A DNA stretch of 64,000 nt from an uncultured Pelagibacteraceae bacterium (GCA_902584915.1 CACIBQ010000001.1:659-64658); one strand, 5' to 3'; shown: positions 21,594 to 33,012, numbered from the stretch's first letter. Program-made: numbers and translations. The notes: a model not told the origin generated them from the letters alone.

Positions 21594-21862
21594 GTATAAA
21601 TATTTTGTTATGAGGTTAAATTTGCCCTATTTTCCAAAAAAACAAAATTGTTAATTTTTAATGTCATTTATTAACACATTTAAACATGTAAAAAAAAATA
21701 TATTAATTGTATGTAAAATTGTTAATTTTAAATAAAATTTAGGTAAATCAATTGTTTTAGGGCAATATTATTGTTAATAAAATGTGGAAAAAATTGTATG
21801 AAAATTAATCCAATTAATTCACAGGATAATAATATACTAAATTAAAACTATTATAATTATAT
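21594..21862. other. Probable chromosomal replication origin (oriC)
   Basis: Largest intergenic gap in the window, between DUF299 and hemE (the alphaproteobacterial origin position); consensus DnaA box TTTTCCACA on minus strand 21783-21791; 1-mismatch boxes 21668-21676, 21772-21780, 21815-21823; flanking gene runs point outward; parAB/parS nearby. Confidence 0.8.
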
Positions 21863-22864
21863 ATGAGTCTACTTAAAGATTGTATTAATAAAAAAAAAAC
21901 ATCAAGCATTCCAATATGGTTTATGAGACAAGCAGGCAGATATTTGCCAGAGTTTAGGGACATTAGATCTAAAAATACAGATTTTATTAAGTTATGTTTA
22001 AACCCACCTTTATCAAAAGAAATAACCATACAACCATTAAAAAGATTTAAAATAGATGCCGCTATAATATTTTCTGATATATTATTTATTCCTTATGCTC
22101 TTGGACAATCTGTTGAATTTGAAAAGAATTTTGGTCCTAAACTTGGTGAATTGGATTATGGTCATGTTCTAAACACGCCAGACGAAGATATCTTGTTAAA
22201 ATTAAATCCTATTTACGAACTTATTAAAATAACTTCTAAAGAAAAAATTTTAGATAATAAAGATTTAATAGGTTTTGTTGGAGCAACGTGGACAATAATG
22301 GTTTATATGTTAAATAGAATATCACCAAAAAAGAAACTAGATGATAATATTTATAATCATCCAAACGAGAAAGAATTGATTCGTAAAATTATTCATGCTC
22401 AAAAAATCCATATTAAAAACCAGGTAGAAAATGGAGCTTCAATAATACAAATATTTGATAGTTGGGCGGGGCTTTTAGAAGAAGAAAAAAAAAATAAATA
22501 TATTTATCAACCCACAAAAGAAGTTGTTGAATATACTAAAAGTTTAGGTGTAGAAGCAATTTGTTTTCCTAGAAATATAAAATCTTATAAAGAATATTGC
22601 GATATAGTGAACCCTAGCGCAATAAATATAGATTATGAAGTTGATCCTAAAAAGATTGCAGAAAACATTAATATACCGATACAAGGCGGCATGGACCCGA
22701 AATGTCTTCTGTTAGATAAAGATGAGATGTTAAAAAATGCAAAAAAATACTTAGAAATATTTAAAAATCATAAATATATTTTTAATTTAGGACATGGTGT
22801 AATGCCAGAAACTAATCCAGATAATGTTAAAATATTAGTTGATTTTGTGAAAGATTTTAAATGA
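21863..22864 (+). CDS. hemE: Uroporphyrinogen decarboxylase
   Basis: PIWFMRQAGRYLPEFR, DAAIIFSDIL, QIFDSWAG, FNLGHG. Confidence 0.98.
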   Translation: MSLLKDCINKKKTSSIPIWFMRQAGRYLPEFRDIRSKNTDFIKLCLNPPLSKEITIQPLKRFKIDAAIIFSDILFIPYALGQSVEFEKNFGPKLGELDYGHVLNTPDEDILLKLNPIYELIKITSKEKILDNKDLIGFVGATWTIMVYMLNRISPKKKLDDNIYNHPNEKELIRKIIHAQKIHIKNQVENGASIIQIFDSWAGLLEEEKKNKYIYQPTKEVVEYTKSLGVEAICFPRNIKSYKEYCDIVNPSAINIDYEVDPKKIAENINIPIQGGMDPKCLLLDKDEMLKNAKKYLEIFKNHKYIFNLGHGVMPETNPDNVKILVDFVKDFK

Positions 22865-23856
22865 AGGAAGATCACCCAAAAATAAACTTTGGAAAGACAG
22901 GAGTTTTGCTAATCAATTTGGGAACCCCAGATTCTACAAATTGGTGGGACATACGCAAGTACCTTAAAGAATTTTTATCTGACAAAAGAGTAATAGAGGT
23001 AAATCCGATTATTTGGCAGATAATATTAAACCTATTTATACTAACTTTTAGACCATCCAAAACAGCAAAAGCCTATAAAGAAATATGGATGAATGACATA
23101 AATAAATCACCACTAAGATATTATACTGAAATGCAAACTAAAAAACTAAGCAAAAGGATAGAAAGTGAAAACATAATAGTTGATTTTGCAATGAGATATG
23201 GAAATCCAAGCATCAGAAGTAAAATTAATAAATTGCAAAATAAAGGATGTGAAAATTTAATAATTCTTCCCTTATATCCTCAATATGCATCACCAACCAC
23301 AGCTACAGTTTGTGATGAGGTTTTTAGAGTATTGATGAAAATGAGATGGCAACCAGCGCTTAAAATAGTGCCACACTATGAGTCGGAACAATTGTACATT
23401 GATGCTATTGTAAAAAGTATTAATAAAAAAATAAATGAAATAGATTGGAAACCAGATTTAATCGTTGCATCTTACCACGGTATTCCAAAAAAATATTTTG
23501 AAAAAGGTGACCCTTACCAATGTTATTGTCAAAAAACCACAAGACTAATTACGGATAAATTTAAACAAATCAAAATAATTACAACTTTTCAATCTCGATT
23601 TGGACCCCAAGAATGGTTACAGCCTTATACTGATAAAACACTTGAAAAATTACCCAAAGAAGGCACAAAGAAGATTCTGGTAATATCACCAGGTTTCGCA
23701 TCTGATTGCGTTGAAACTCTTGAAGAAATTTCAATTCAGGGAAAAGAAAGTTTTGAAAAATCAGGAGGAGAAAAATTTGGATTTATACCATGTCTTAATG
23801 ATAATGATGATCATATAAAACTATTGGAGCATCTTGTAAGAAAAAATATAGTCTAA
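22861..23856 (+). CDS. hemH: Ferrochelatase
   Basis: NLGTPD, AMRYGNPS, PLYPQY, SYHGIP, FQSRFG, DCVETLEEI. Confidence 0.98.
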   Translation: MKEDHPKINFGKTGVLLINLGTPDSTNWWDIRKYLKEFLSDKRVIEVNPIIWQIILNLFILTFRPSKTAKAYKEIWMNDINKSPLRYYTEMQTKKLSKRIESENIIVDFAMRYGNPSIRSKINKLQNKGCENLIILPLYPQYASPTTATVCDEVFRVLMKMRWQPALKIVPHYESEQLYIDAIVKSINKKINEIDWKPDLIVASYHGIPKKYFEKGDPYQCYCQKTTRLITDKFKQIKIITTFQSRFGPQEWLQPYTDKTLEKLPKEGTKKILVISPGFASDCVETLEEISIQGKESFEKSGGEKFGFIPCLNDNDDHIKLLEHLVRKNIV

Positions 23857-24290
23857 TGAGTTTATACTTAATAATAAAATCTCTTCATCTAATCGCCGTT
23901 ATTTCTTGGATGGCTGGCCTTTTATATTTGCCTAGAATTTTTGTTTATCACGTAGAAAATTATGAGAAGAAAGAAACCACCGATATTTTTGAGATTATGG
24001 AAAAGCGTCTTTATAATTACATAATGAAACCCGCAATGCTCTTTTCTTGGATTTTTGGAATTATATTAATTTATTTAAATGGACTGGATGTTTTGTTAAA
24101 TATATGGATGCAAATCAAGCTAGCATTGATTATCATTTTATCTGGTTATCACGAATATTTAGGAAAATGCCTAACGAGTCTCAAAAACAGAACAAATAAC
24201 AAATCTGCTAGATTCTATCGGTATATAAATGAAGTTCCTACAATATTGCTTATATTGATTGTATTTGTTGTAATTATTAAACCTTTATAG
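23856..24290 (+). CDS. hemJ: Protoporphyrinogen oxidase HemJ
   Basis: HLIAVISWMAGLLYLPRIFVYH, NEVPT. Confidence 0.96.
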   Translation: MSLYLIIKSLHLIAVISWMAGLLYLPRIFVYHVENYEKKETTDIFEIMEKRLYNYIMKPAMLFSWIFGIILIYLNGLDVLLNIWMQIKLALIIILSGYHEYLGKCLTSLKNRTNNKSARFYRYINEVPTILLILIVFVVIIKPL

Positions 24291-24343
24291 GCTTGTAATT
24301 TAAAAATATCACACTATATTAATCTTATCTAAACAAAACCCCC

Positions 24344-25615
24344 ATGAACATTCAAGAATTAAAAGGAAAAACATCAGAACAGCTTATTGATGACGCTGAA
24401 AAACTTGGCATTGAAAATGCTAGCACTTTAAGAAGACAAGAAATCCTTTTTGCTATTTTAAAAAAACATGCAGAAAAAGGTGAGGAAATTACTGGAGGAG
24501 GAGTTCTTCAGCTGCTTCAAGATGGTTTTGGCTTCCTAAGAGCAATGGAGTCAAACTATTTACCAGGACCAGATGATATTTATGTTAGTCCAAGCCAAAT
24601 AAGAAGATTTGGTCTAAGAACAGGCGATACCGTGGAAGGGCCTGTTAGAGCACCAAAAGATGGAGAAAGATATTTTGCACTTCTTCAAGTTAGTAAAATA
24701 AATTTTGAGGACAAAGAAAAAGTTAGGCACAAAATCGCATTTGATAACTTAACTCCACTATATCCAAATAGCCAATTGATTATGGAGTCTGAAAAGAATA
24801 AAGTAGAAAAAAATCCAGATTTAACTCCAAGATTAATTGATCTAGTTAGCCCAATCGGGAAAGGACAAAGGTCTCTAATTATCTCACCTCCAAAAGCAGG
24901 AAAAACAATGATTTTACAGAGCATTGCTAATGCTATCACAGCAAATCATCCAGAATGTTATCTAATGGTATTACTAATTGATGAGAGACCTGAAGAAGTA
25001 ACAGACATGCAGAGAACAGTTAAAGGAGAGGTAATTAGCTCAACATTTGATGAACCTGCTCAAAGACATGTTGCTGTTGCAGAAATGGTTATAGAAAAAG
25101 CAAAGAGATTAACAGAACATAAAAAAGACGTTGTTATTTTATTAGATTCAATAACAAGGTTGGGTCGCGCATATAATGCTGTAGTACCTAGTTCTGGAAA
25201 GGTTTTAACGGGTGGAGTTGATGCAAATGCGTTACAAAGACCAAAAAGATTTTTTGGAGCCGCAAGAAATATTGAAGAAGGTGGATCACTTACTATCATT
25301 GCTACTGCTTTAATTGATACTGGAAGCAGAATGGATGAAGTTATATTTGAAGAGTTTAAAGGAACAGGAAATAGTGAAACAATTTTAGATAGAAAAATAT
25401 CTGAAAAAAGAATATACCCAGCTATCGATATAACTAAATCTGGAACAAGAAGAGAAGAGTTATTATTTGATAAAAATGATCTTCAAAAAATGAATGTACT
25501 AAGAAGAATAATTGCCCCAATGGGTTCTATGGATGCTATAGAATTTATAAACTCTAAATTAAAAAATACTAAAAGCAATGCTGAGTTTTTTAATTCTATG
25601 AATAAACCGGGTTAG
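24344..25615 (+). CDS. rho: Transcription termination factor Rho
   Basis: [49 protein letters not shown]. Confidence 0.99.
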   Translation: MNIQELKGKTSEQLIDDAEKLGIENASTLRRQEILFAILKKHAEKGEEITGGGVLQLLQDGFGFLRAMESNYLPGPDDIYVSPSQIRRFGLRTGDTVEGPVRAPKDGERYFALLQVSKINFEDKEKVRHKIAFDNLTPLYPNSQLIMESEKNKVEKNPDLTPRLIDLVSPIGKGQRSLIISPPKAGKTMILQSIANAITANHPECYLMVLLIDERPEEVTDMQRTVKGEVISSTFDEPAQRHVAVAEMVIEKAKRLTEHKKDVVILLDSITRLGRAYNAVVPSSGKVLTGGVDANALQRPKRFFGAARNIEEGGSLTIIATALIDTGSRMDEVIFEEFKGTGNSETILDRKISEKRIYPAIDITKSGTRREELLFDKNDLQKMNVLRRIIAPMGSMDAIEFINSKLKNTKSNAEFFNSMNKPG

Positions 25616-25626
25616 TTTTAAAGTTT

Positions 25627-26463
25627 TTAACTTAGATAACCCATATCTTTCATCTCTCTTTCAAATTTTTTTTCTATTACTTCTACTACTTTTTTGTCTA
25701 AGACTTTCTTCCAATCACTCTTAAATCCTAAGTTAAAAAATGGTATTTTTTTGTTTTCTTTTTTTGAAAACATGGCTTCAAAAAAACCATCTTTATTTTC
25801 TTTCTTTTTAAGAATACTAAAGTTAGTTGTTTCTATAGCTTTTTTAAATTTTTGATAATCTACTCCTTTATTATTATTTAAAAGATTATTTATAAATCTT
25901 ATTAAATCAGTTAAAATTTTTTCGCTATTATTTTCTAAATCTTCATATTTTATAATAATTGTCCTAAAACTCTTAATATTAGACCATGAGTTAAGATGAT
26001 TAGACCATGAGCTTAAAAATGAGTAAGTTGCAAAGTTATTGTCATCTGATTTAATTCCTCTATTTTCGTCTAACAACATATTGAGTGCACCATCCACATT
26101 TAATGAAAAATGATTTGTCAAAGAAGATATAATGTTTCTTGGATCTCTTACTATGTATATGCCCCCTACAGTTACCTCTGAGGAAGTAAACTGATTATTA
26201 TTATAAGATCCATAAGCAGAATGAGTTTTAAGAAACTTTACTTTTTTGGACTTAATTAACCTTCTTTGTATAGGGAGCCATTTTTTTGAAGCATCATCTT
26301 TATCATTTATAAAACCATCAAAAAATTGCTTGTCAGGAAACTGTTCTATAAACTTTAATAAATTGAAATCAAATTCTCCGTTATTAGTATAGTAATATGC
26401 GCTTAGAAAAGATCTAATAAATGTATTTCCACTTTTAGGATATGATGCTATCCAAATAATCAT
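25627..26463 (-). CDS. Sulfotransferase (Sulfotransfer_1-like)
   Basis: IASYPKSGNTF, FLKTH, IVRDPRNIISS, KYEDL, FFNLG..DWK. Confidence 0.9.
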   Translation of the reverse strand: MIIWIASYPKSGNTFIRSFLSAYYYTNNGEFDFNLLKFIEQFPDKQFFDGFINDKDDASKKWLPIQRRLIKSKKVKFLKTHSAYGSYNNNQFTSSEVTVGGIYIVRDPRNIISSLTNHFSLNVDGALNMLLDENRGIKSDDNNFATYSFLSSWSNHLNSWSNIKSFRTIIIKYEDLENNSEKILTDLIRFINNLLNNNKGVDYQKFKKAIETTNFSILKKKENKDGFFEAMFSKKENKKIPFFNLGFKSDWKKVLDKKVVEVIEKKFEREMKDMGYLS

Positions 26464-26505
26464 AGAAAAATTATATAATATTTTTAAAATTAAAAATAAC
26501 TAAAT

Positions 26506-27837
26506 ATGACTATATATGCACTGTCATCAGGCCCTGGTATCTCTGGAATAGCAGTAATAAGAGTTTCGGGTAATAAATCAAAAGAAATTATTTCTTCGAT
26601 TACAAATGGGAAATTTCCAAAAGAAAGGGTTGCTACTTTAAAGAAAATTATAAATCCAAAATCAGGTGAATTAGTTGATGAGGGAATTATAATTTGGTTT
26701 AAAGCTCCTAATAGTTACACGGGTGAGGATATGTTAGAACTACATGTTCATGGCAGCAAAGCTGTAGTACAAGAGTTACAAAATATTTTAAGTAAATTTG
26801 AAAATTGCAAACTAGCTGAACCAGGTGAATTTACAAAATTAGCATTACTAAATAATAAAATAAACTTATTAAAAGCTGAGAGCATAGGAGATTTAATAGC
26901 GGCTGAAACAGAGATGCAAAGAAAGCAAGCTTTGAGGATAATGTCTGGTGATAGCTCTATAAAGTTTAATGATTGGAGAGAAAAATTAATAAAAATATTA
27001 GCGAATATTGAGGCTAAAATAGATTTTCCAGAGGAAGATATTCCCACTGATATTACAAATGAAATAACGTTAAAATGTGAAAAAATTAAAAATGAAATAA
27101 AGAAAACTTTAGATGATGATAAAACAGGTGAAATTATAAGAGAAGGTTTTAAAATTGCAATTATAGGACCACCCAATGTAGGAAAATCCAGTTTATTAAA
27201 TTTTCTTTCTAAAAGAGATGCGGCTATAGTTTCTGAAAAGGCAGGCACCACTAGAGATGTCATTGAAATTCATTTAGATTTAGAAGGAATACCTGTAATC
27301 ATCTCTGATACAGCTGGTATAAGAGATTCCAGTGATGAGATCGAATCAAGAGGAGTAAAATTAGCCATAAATAAAGCTGAAGATGCAGATCTAAATATTG
27401 TCTTGTTGGACCCTAAAAACCTTGATTTTAAAGCTTTTTTTAACGATAAAATATCTGAAAAATCAATTATAGTTATTAATAAATCAGATTTAGGAACAGA
27501 AAATCTAACAGAGATTAATAAAAGATTAAATCCTATATTTATTTCAATTAAAAAAAATAATAACGTTAATAAGTTAATAGAAGCAATAAAATCTAAACTT
27601 AATAATCAATTTTTAAAAAACGATAACGTTTTAATTACAAGGTCTAGGCACAGGCAACATTTAAAAGAGTGTTTAAAACATTTAAATAGTTTTTTGGAAA
27701 AAAAAAAGAATGAAGAATTTGATAAAGCAGCTGAAGATTTAAGGTTGTCAATTAGACATCTCGGAACTATAGTGGGAAGAGTTGACGTAGAAGAAATTTT
27801 AGGCTCTATTTTTGATAATTTTTGTATTGGAAAATAA
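26506..27837 (+). CDS. mnmE: tRNA modification GTPase MnmE
   Basis: SYTGED, GPPNVGKSS, GTTRD, DTAGIR, NKSD, terminal FCIGK. Confidence 0.98.
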   Translation: MTIYALSSGPGISGIAVIRVSGNKSKEIISSITNGKFPKERVATLKKIINPKSGELVDEGIIIWFKAPNSYTGEDMLELHVHGSKAVVQELQNILSKFENCKLAEPGEFTKLALLNNKINLLKAESIGDLIAAETEMQRKQALRIMSGDSSIKFNDWREKLIKILANIEAKIDFPEEDIPTDITNEITLKCEKIKNEIKKTLDDDKTGEIIREGFKIAIIGPPNVGKSSLLNFLSKRDAAIVSEKAGTTRDVIEIHLDLEGIPVIISDTAGIRDSSDEIESRGVKLAINKAEDADLNIVLLDPKNLDFKAFFNDKISEKSIIVINKSDLGTENLTEINKRLNPIFISIKKNNNVNKLIEAIKSKLNNQFLKNDNVLITRSRHRQHLKECLKHLNSFLEKKKNEEFDKAAEDLRLSIRHLGTIVGRVDVEEILGSIFDNFCIGK

Positions 27838-27884
27838 GAGATCTCGCTGCTTGTAAAAAAATAAATCAGTAATAAATTGTAGGT

Positions 27885-29756
27885 ATGAAAAACGAACTAT
27901 CATTCGATGTAGTTATTATAGGTGGCGGACATGCAGGATGTGAGGCCGCAGCCGCATCTGCAAGATTAGGAATGAACACAGCTCTCTTTACACATAAATT
28001 TGAAACAATTGGAGAGATGTCTTGTAATCCTGCCATAGGAGGTCTTGGCAAAGGTCATTTAGTAAGAGAGATAGATGCTCTAGATGGTGTAATGGGTGAT
28101 GTAGCAGATAAATCAGGTATTCAATTTAGGCTATTAAATAGAAGCAGAGGACCAGCCGTTAGAGGACCACGTACTCAAAGTGATAGATCATTATATAAAA
28201 AATATATGCAAAAAAAACTTGTAAACTATTGTAATTTAACGATTTTTTCTGATCCTGTAACAGAGTTCATATTTGAAAAAAACGTTATAAAAGGATTTTA
28301 CACACAGCAAGGTAAAAAAATTAAATCAACCAAGCTTATACTAACAACAGGCACTTTTTTGAATGGTGTTATACATATTGGAGAAACCCAAACTCCAGCA
28401 GGAAGATATAATGAGAAACCTGCAACAGGACTGAGTGAACAATTAAAGAAACTTAATTTTAGGATTGGCAGGTTAAAAACTGGTACACCTCCCAGATTGG
28501 ACTCTAGGACTATTAACTTTCAAAATTTAGAGGAACAGTTTGCAGATGAAGATCCCTATTTTTTTTCTTTTCTCACTACCAAAAATTTAAACAAACAAAT
28601 CTCATGTAGGATGACTTACACCAATGAAGCTGTTCATAAGATAATTTCTAGAAATCTAAAGAAGAGCGCTATGTACTCTGGTAACATAAAAAGCGTTGGT
28701 CCAAGGTATTGCCCCTCTATAGAGGATAAAATTGTAAAATTTGCTGATAAACAGAGGCACCAAATCTTTTTAGAGCCCGAAGGGCTCAATGATTACACTG
28801 TTTATCCAAACGGTATATCGACCTCCCTACCCCATGATATACAGCAAGAAATGTGTAGTAAAATCAATGGTTTAGAGAATGTAAAAATTCTAAGAGCAGG
28901 ATATGCGATAGAATATGACTTTGTTGATCCTAGAGAGCTTTTCTTAACATTAGAGACGAAAAAAATAAAGAATCTTTATATGGCCGGACAAATTAATGGA
29001 ACTACAGGTTATGAGGAAGCTGCAGCTCAAGGACTTGTAGCGGGCATAAATGCTGCTTTATCAGTCGAGGGTTCTGAACCATTTATTTTGAATAGATCTG
29101 AAGCATATATAGGAGTAATGATAGATGATTTAGTTACAAAAGGCGTCGCTGAGCCATATAGAATGTTTACTTCTAGAGCTGAGTATAGATTAAGCTTAAG
29201 AGCAGATAACGCTGATCTCAGACTAACTGAGAAAGGTATGAAAATTGGCCTTATAGGAAAAGAAAGGTCTATTTTGTTTAAGGAAAAGTTAAAAAATCTA
29301 AAAATAATACAAAATAACATGGATAAGCTTAAGATAAGCCCATCAAGAGCATCTAAATTTCATATTAATATTTCAAAAGATGGTATTTTAAGAACAGCTA
29401 ACCAAATACTAAGCCAGAAAGGTATAAATATGAGTAAAATAAGGGAAATATGGCCAAAAATACCCAAATATTCTAGTGAAATTGATGAGCAAGTTGAGAT
29501 AAATGCTCATTATAAAGGTTACTTAACAAGGCAAAATTCCGATATATTAGCCTTTAAAAGAGATGAGAATCTATTAATTCCTGACAATTTTAATTATAGT
29601 CATTTATCTGGGCTATCTAATGAAGTTAAGGCTAAATTCATTAAAATTAGGCCAAAAACATTAGGTCAGGCTTTAAGAATTGATGGAATTACCCCTGCAG
29701 CCGTATATATTTTGTTGTCTCATGTCAAAAGAAAGTCTATTAAGCATATAGCTTGA
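27885..29756 (+). CDS. mnmG: tRNA uridine 5-carboxymethylaminomethyl modification enzyme
   Basis: [47 protein letters not shown]. Confidence 0.99.
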   Translation: MKNELSFDVVIIGGGHAGCEAAAASARLGMNTALFTHKFETIGEMSCNPAIGGLGKGHLVREIDALDGVMGDVADKSGIQFRLLNRSRGPAVRGPRTQSDRSLYKKYMQKKLVNYCNLTIFSDPVTEFIFEKNVIKGFYTQQGKKIKSTKLILTTGTFLNGVIHIGETQTPAGRYNEKPATGLSEQLKKLNFRIGRLKTGTPPRLDSRTINFQNLEEQFADEDPYFFSFLTTKNLNKQISCRMTYTNEAVHKIISRNLKKSAMYSGNIKSVGPRYCPSIEDKIVKFADKQRHQIFLEPEGLNDYTVYPNGISTSLPHDIQQEMCSKINGLENVKILRAGYAIEYDFVDPRELFLTLETKKIKNLYMAGQINGTTGYEEAAAQGLVAGINAALSVEGSEPFILNRSEAYIGVMIDDLVTKGVAEPYRMFTSRAEYRLSLRADNADLRLTEKGMKIGLIGKERSILFKEKLKNLKIIQNNMDKLKISPSRASKFHINISKDGILRTANQILSQKGINMSKIREIWPKIPKYSSEIDEQVEINAHYKGYLTRQNSDILAFKRDENLLIPDNFNYSHLSGLSNEVKAKFIKIRPKTLGQALRIDGITPAAVYILLSHVKRKSIKHIA

Positions 29757-30388
29757 TTGATTCGAATATTTTAAATTATTCCTGTTTAGAACCTCTGAAT
29801 GTTTCACGTGAAACCTTTACAGATTTAGATAAGTTTTGCCAAATTATAATTGATAAAAATAGAGAAATTAATCTAATTAGCAAACAATCCGAGGGTATTG
29901 CTAAGGAAAGACATATTATAGACAGCGCACAAATAATTGATTTAATTAACTTAAATAGACCAATATGTACAGATATTGGATCTGGCTCAGGATTGCCAGG
30001 AATAGTTCTAGCAATAATAATGAAGCATAAAAAGTCAAATATGAAGTTTGTTCTTTATGAAAAAAGTTTTCATAAAAGTAATTTCCTAAAAGAAGTATCA
30101 AAGAAATTTAATTTAAACGTAGAAGTATTGCAAAAAGATATTTTTGAAGAAGAAAATTTGTGTTCGGATATCATAGTTGCAAGAGCTTTCAAACCACTAC
30201 CAGTAATTTTAGATCTTATTCATAATAATTTTAAATCTTTTAAAGAAGTAATTATATTTTTAGGAAAAAATGGAAAAGAAATTCTAAGAGAAGTAATGAG
30301 CAAATGGAAATTTGAACTTGAACAAAAAAAAAGTATTACTAGCGATGAATCAATAATTATAAAAATTAAAAATTTAGAAAAAAAATGA
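29753..30388 (+). CDS. rsmG: 16S rRNA m7G527 methyltransferase
   Basis: [24 protein letters not shown]; follows mnmG. Confidence 0.95.
   Translation: MIDSNILNYSCLEPLNVSRETFTDLDKFCQIIIDKNREINLISKQSEGIAKERHIIDSAQIIDLINLNRPICTDIGSGSGLPGIVLAIIMKHKKSNMKFVLYEKSFHKSNFLKEVSKKFNLNVEVLQKDIFEEENLCSDIIVARAFKPLPVILDLIHNNFKSFKEVIIFLGKNGKEILREVMSKWKFELEQKKSITSDESIIIKIKNLEKK
29800..29815. promoter_or_regulatory. parS centromere site (ParB binding)
   Basis: tGTTTCACGTGAAACc; perfect 14-bp palindromic core 29801-29814 matching the parS consensus, about 570 bp upstream of parA. Confidence 0.92.
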
Positions 30389-31185
30389 AAGAAAAAATAA
30401 TTTCTATAATTAACCAAAAGGGTGGAGTTGGTAAAACAACGACCGTGATAAATCTAGCGGCTGGTTTAAGTGTGCGGGGGAAAAAAGTTTTAGTTATTGA
30501 TCTTGATCCACAAGGTAATGCCACTACTGGATTAGGTTTGTCAAATTTAGAAAATTCTGAAAAAACAATCTATAGTGTTTTAAATGGTACTAAAAAAATA
30601 CCTGAGGTTATCAAGAAAACAAAGTTTGAAAATCTTGATTTGATAACTTCTAATGTGGATTTATCAGGTTTGGAAGTAGAAACAGCGGGAGATAACAGAA
30701 GAGCCTTCATTTTAAAGGAAGAAATAATGGCTTATTTAAACGATTCTAGAGGGTTATATAGCCATATATTGATCGATTGCCCCCCCTCACTAAGTCTTCT
30801 GACAATTATGGCATTAGTAGCCTCTGACTCTCTTTTAGTTCCTCTTCAAACAGAGTTTTTTGCTCTAGAAGGAGTCACACAACTTATGAAAACAATTGAA
30901 AGAATAAAAAATAATCTTAACCCTGATCTTTCAATTAGAGGGATTTTGTTAACTATGTATGACAAAAGAAATAAGCTTTCTGGAGAAGTTGAAAAAGAAG
31001 CTCGAGATTATTTTAAAGAAAAAGTATATCAAACTGTAGTGCCACGTAATGTGAGATTATCAGAAGCACCTTCTCATGGAATGCCAGTTTTATTTTATGA
31101 TAAGTCTTGTCCTGGAAGTAAATCATATTTTAATTTTACAGATGAGTTTATTAACCAAGAAAAAATAATGGAGAGCGCAGCATGA
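30385..31185 (+). CDS. parA: Chromosome partition ATPase ParA
   Basis: NQKGGVGKTTT, DLDPQGNATT, IDCPPSL, PRNVRLSEAPSHG. Confidence 0.97.
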   Translation: MKEKIISIINQKGGVGKTTTVINLAAGLSVRGKKVLVIDLDPQGNATTGLGLSNLENSEKTIYSVLNGTKKIPEVIKKTKFENLDLITSNVDLSGLEVETAGDNRRAFILKEEIMAYLNDSRGLYSHILIDCPPSLSLLTIMALVASDSLLVPLQTEFFALEGVTQLMKTIERIKNNLNPDLSIRGILLTMYDKRNKLSGEVEKEARDYFKEKVYQTVVPRNVRLSEAPSHGMPVLFYDKSCPGSKSYFNFTDEFINQEKIMESAA

Positions 31186-32024
31186 CAAATACATTTAAAT
31201 TAAAAAAAGGATTAGGGAGAGGTTTATCGTCCCTAATAGGAGATACTAGTACAAACCCTATATCAAATAAAGTTTCTATAAGCTCAATTATAAGAAATAA
31301 ATTTCAACCAAGAAAAAATTTTAATAAAGAGCAAATGGATGAATTAACATATTCAATAAAGGAAAGAGGCATCATTCAGCCAATAATAGTTCGACGACAA
31401 TCTGATAAATATGAAATTATAGCAGGAGAAAGAAGATGGCAGGCGGCACAAAATGCAGGACTTCATGAAGTTCCTGTTGTTGAAATTGAAGCAGATGACC
31501 TAAAGTCTTTGGAGTTTGCAATTATTGAAAATGTTCAAAGAGATGATCTTAATTCAATTGAAGAAGCAAATGGTTATAAAAGACTTATAGATGAATTTAA
31601 ATACGATCATGAAAAAGTTGCAAAATTTATTGGTAAAAGTAGAACTCATATAACTAATTGTCTAAGACTACTAAGTTTGCCAGCCGAAGTAATTAAATTG
31701 ATAGAAGAAAAAAAATTATCTCAAGGACATGGAAAAGTACTAGTAGGATTAGAAAATTCATATCAAATAGCCAAAAAAATTATTGAAAAAAAATTATCTG
31801 TCAGACAAGCTGAACATTTAGTTAGAATTTATAAATCTCCAAAAAAATACAAAGTAATTACAAATGATAGTAACATTAAAGCTTTAGAAAAAAGTCTCCA
31901 GGAAAAAACTGGCCTAACAGCTAAAATACATCATAAGAAAAATAATAAAGGAACTTTATTTTTTGAATACAACAACACTGACCAACTTGATAGATTGGTA
32001 ATGGTTATTAAAGCTAACTATTAG
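31182..32024 (+). CDS. parB: Chromosome partition protein ParB
   Basis: GLGRGLSSLI, QPRKNF, IAGERRWQAA, ENVQR, GKSRTHITN.LRLL. Confidence 0.97.
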   Translation: MTNTFKLKKGLGRGLSSLIGDTSTNPISNKVSISSIIRNKFQPRKNFNKEQMDELTYSIKERGIIQPIIVRRQSDKYEIIAGERRWQAAQNAGLHEVPVVEIEADDLKSLEFAIIENVQRDDLNSIEEANGYKRLIDEFKYDHEKVAKFIGKSRTHITNCLRLLSLPAEVIKLIEEKKLSQGHGKVLVGLENSYQIAKKIIEKKLSVRQAEHLVRIYKSPKKYKVITNDSNIKALEKSLQEKTGLTAKIHHKKNNKGTLFFEYNNTDQLDRLVMVIKANY

Positions 32025-33009
32025 CATTTTTTGAAGTATTGATAATTAGATCAAAAATTAAGTTATTTGATAACTCATAATTTCTTTTAAATTTAAGCTC
32101 AAGAGTATTGAGTTCTTCGATAAGAATATAAATTCTTTCTAGCGTCCAAAATTCCATTTGTTTTTGAACAATTTCTTTATCTTTCCAAAAAATAGAAGGT
32201 TTAAAAAAATCTATTGTTTCTTTTATATTTCCTTTTTTATTTTGGATTTTCTTTAATTCCACGAGTCTTTTTAATCTTGATAAAAAAGATCTGATTAGAA
32301 TAATTGCATCATTTTTATTAAATGAATTGTTATTAATTATATTGATTACTTTAAAATGATTCATAGCCAAACATAGGTCAATTAATTTAAAATAATTTTC
32401 TCCTTCTTGTGAGCTGACTAATTTAAGAATTTCTTCCTTTGTAATTTTATTTTTTTTAAAACTAAAATTTAAAATTTTATTCATTTCATTTTTAAGATTT
32501 TTTCTATCTCCAGAACATTTTTCTAATATCAAGTTTATATTCTCACTTGATATTGAAATATTATTAGTTTTAAAAAAATTGTATGCAATTTTATATAGTG
32601 ATGAAGTATTATCTTGATAGAAAGCTACACAAACAAGTTCTTCTTCCGTTTCAAATAATTGTCTTATTTTGGATTTTTTTTCCAATAATTGTGAAATAAA
32701 AATAATTTTTTTATTATAAATTTTTTTATTTGTTAATTCTTTGATTATTTCATACATTTTTGATGTTACTCTAGAGATTAAAATAATTTTACTTGATTCA
32801 AATAAAGACTCGTTAAAACAAGTTTCCAAAAACAAATTTTTATTTTCTAATATTTGATTTTCATCATATCTTACTACCTCGCCTTTAAAATCTTTTAAAA
32901 AATAATTTGAAATTGCCTCTTCTTTATGACCATCGTTCTCTCCATAAAGCAAAAAACAATTAGATTTAGATTTTTTTATATCATTCAAATTAAATGACTT
33001 AATAATCAT
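32014..33009 (-). CDS. holA: DNA polymerase III delta subunit
   Basis: LLYGENDG, ESLF, LEKKSKIRQLFE, PSIFWKDK; parB-holA-lptE-leuS synteny. Confidence 0.88.
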   Translation of the reverse strand: MIIKSFNLNDIKKSKSNCFLLYGENDGHKEEAISNYFLKDFKGEVVRYDENQILENKNLFLETCFNESLFESSKIILISRVTSKMYEIIKELTNKKIYNKKIIFISQLLEKKSKIRQLFETEEELVCVAFYQDNTSSLYKIAYNFFKTNNISISSENINLILEKCSGDRKNLKNEMNKILNFSFKKNKITKEEILKLVSSQEGENYFKLIDLCLAMNHFKVINIINNNSFNKNDAIILIRSFLSRLKRLVELKKIQNKKGNIKETIDFFKPSIFWKDKEIVQKQMEFWTLERIYILIEELNTLELKFKRNYELSNNLIFDLIINTSKNANS

Positions 33010-33012
33010 AAA

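Noticed and set aside
21594-21862. CtrA boxes (TTAA-N7-TTAA) in oriC
   Set aside because: The TTAA pairs I checked do not have 7-nt spacing, and TTAA is expected by chance at this AT content
21814-22029. 71-aa minus-strand ORF at the origin edge
   Set aside because: Mostly antisense to the hemE 5' end; no recognisable features
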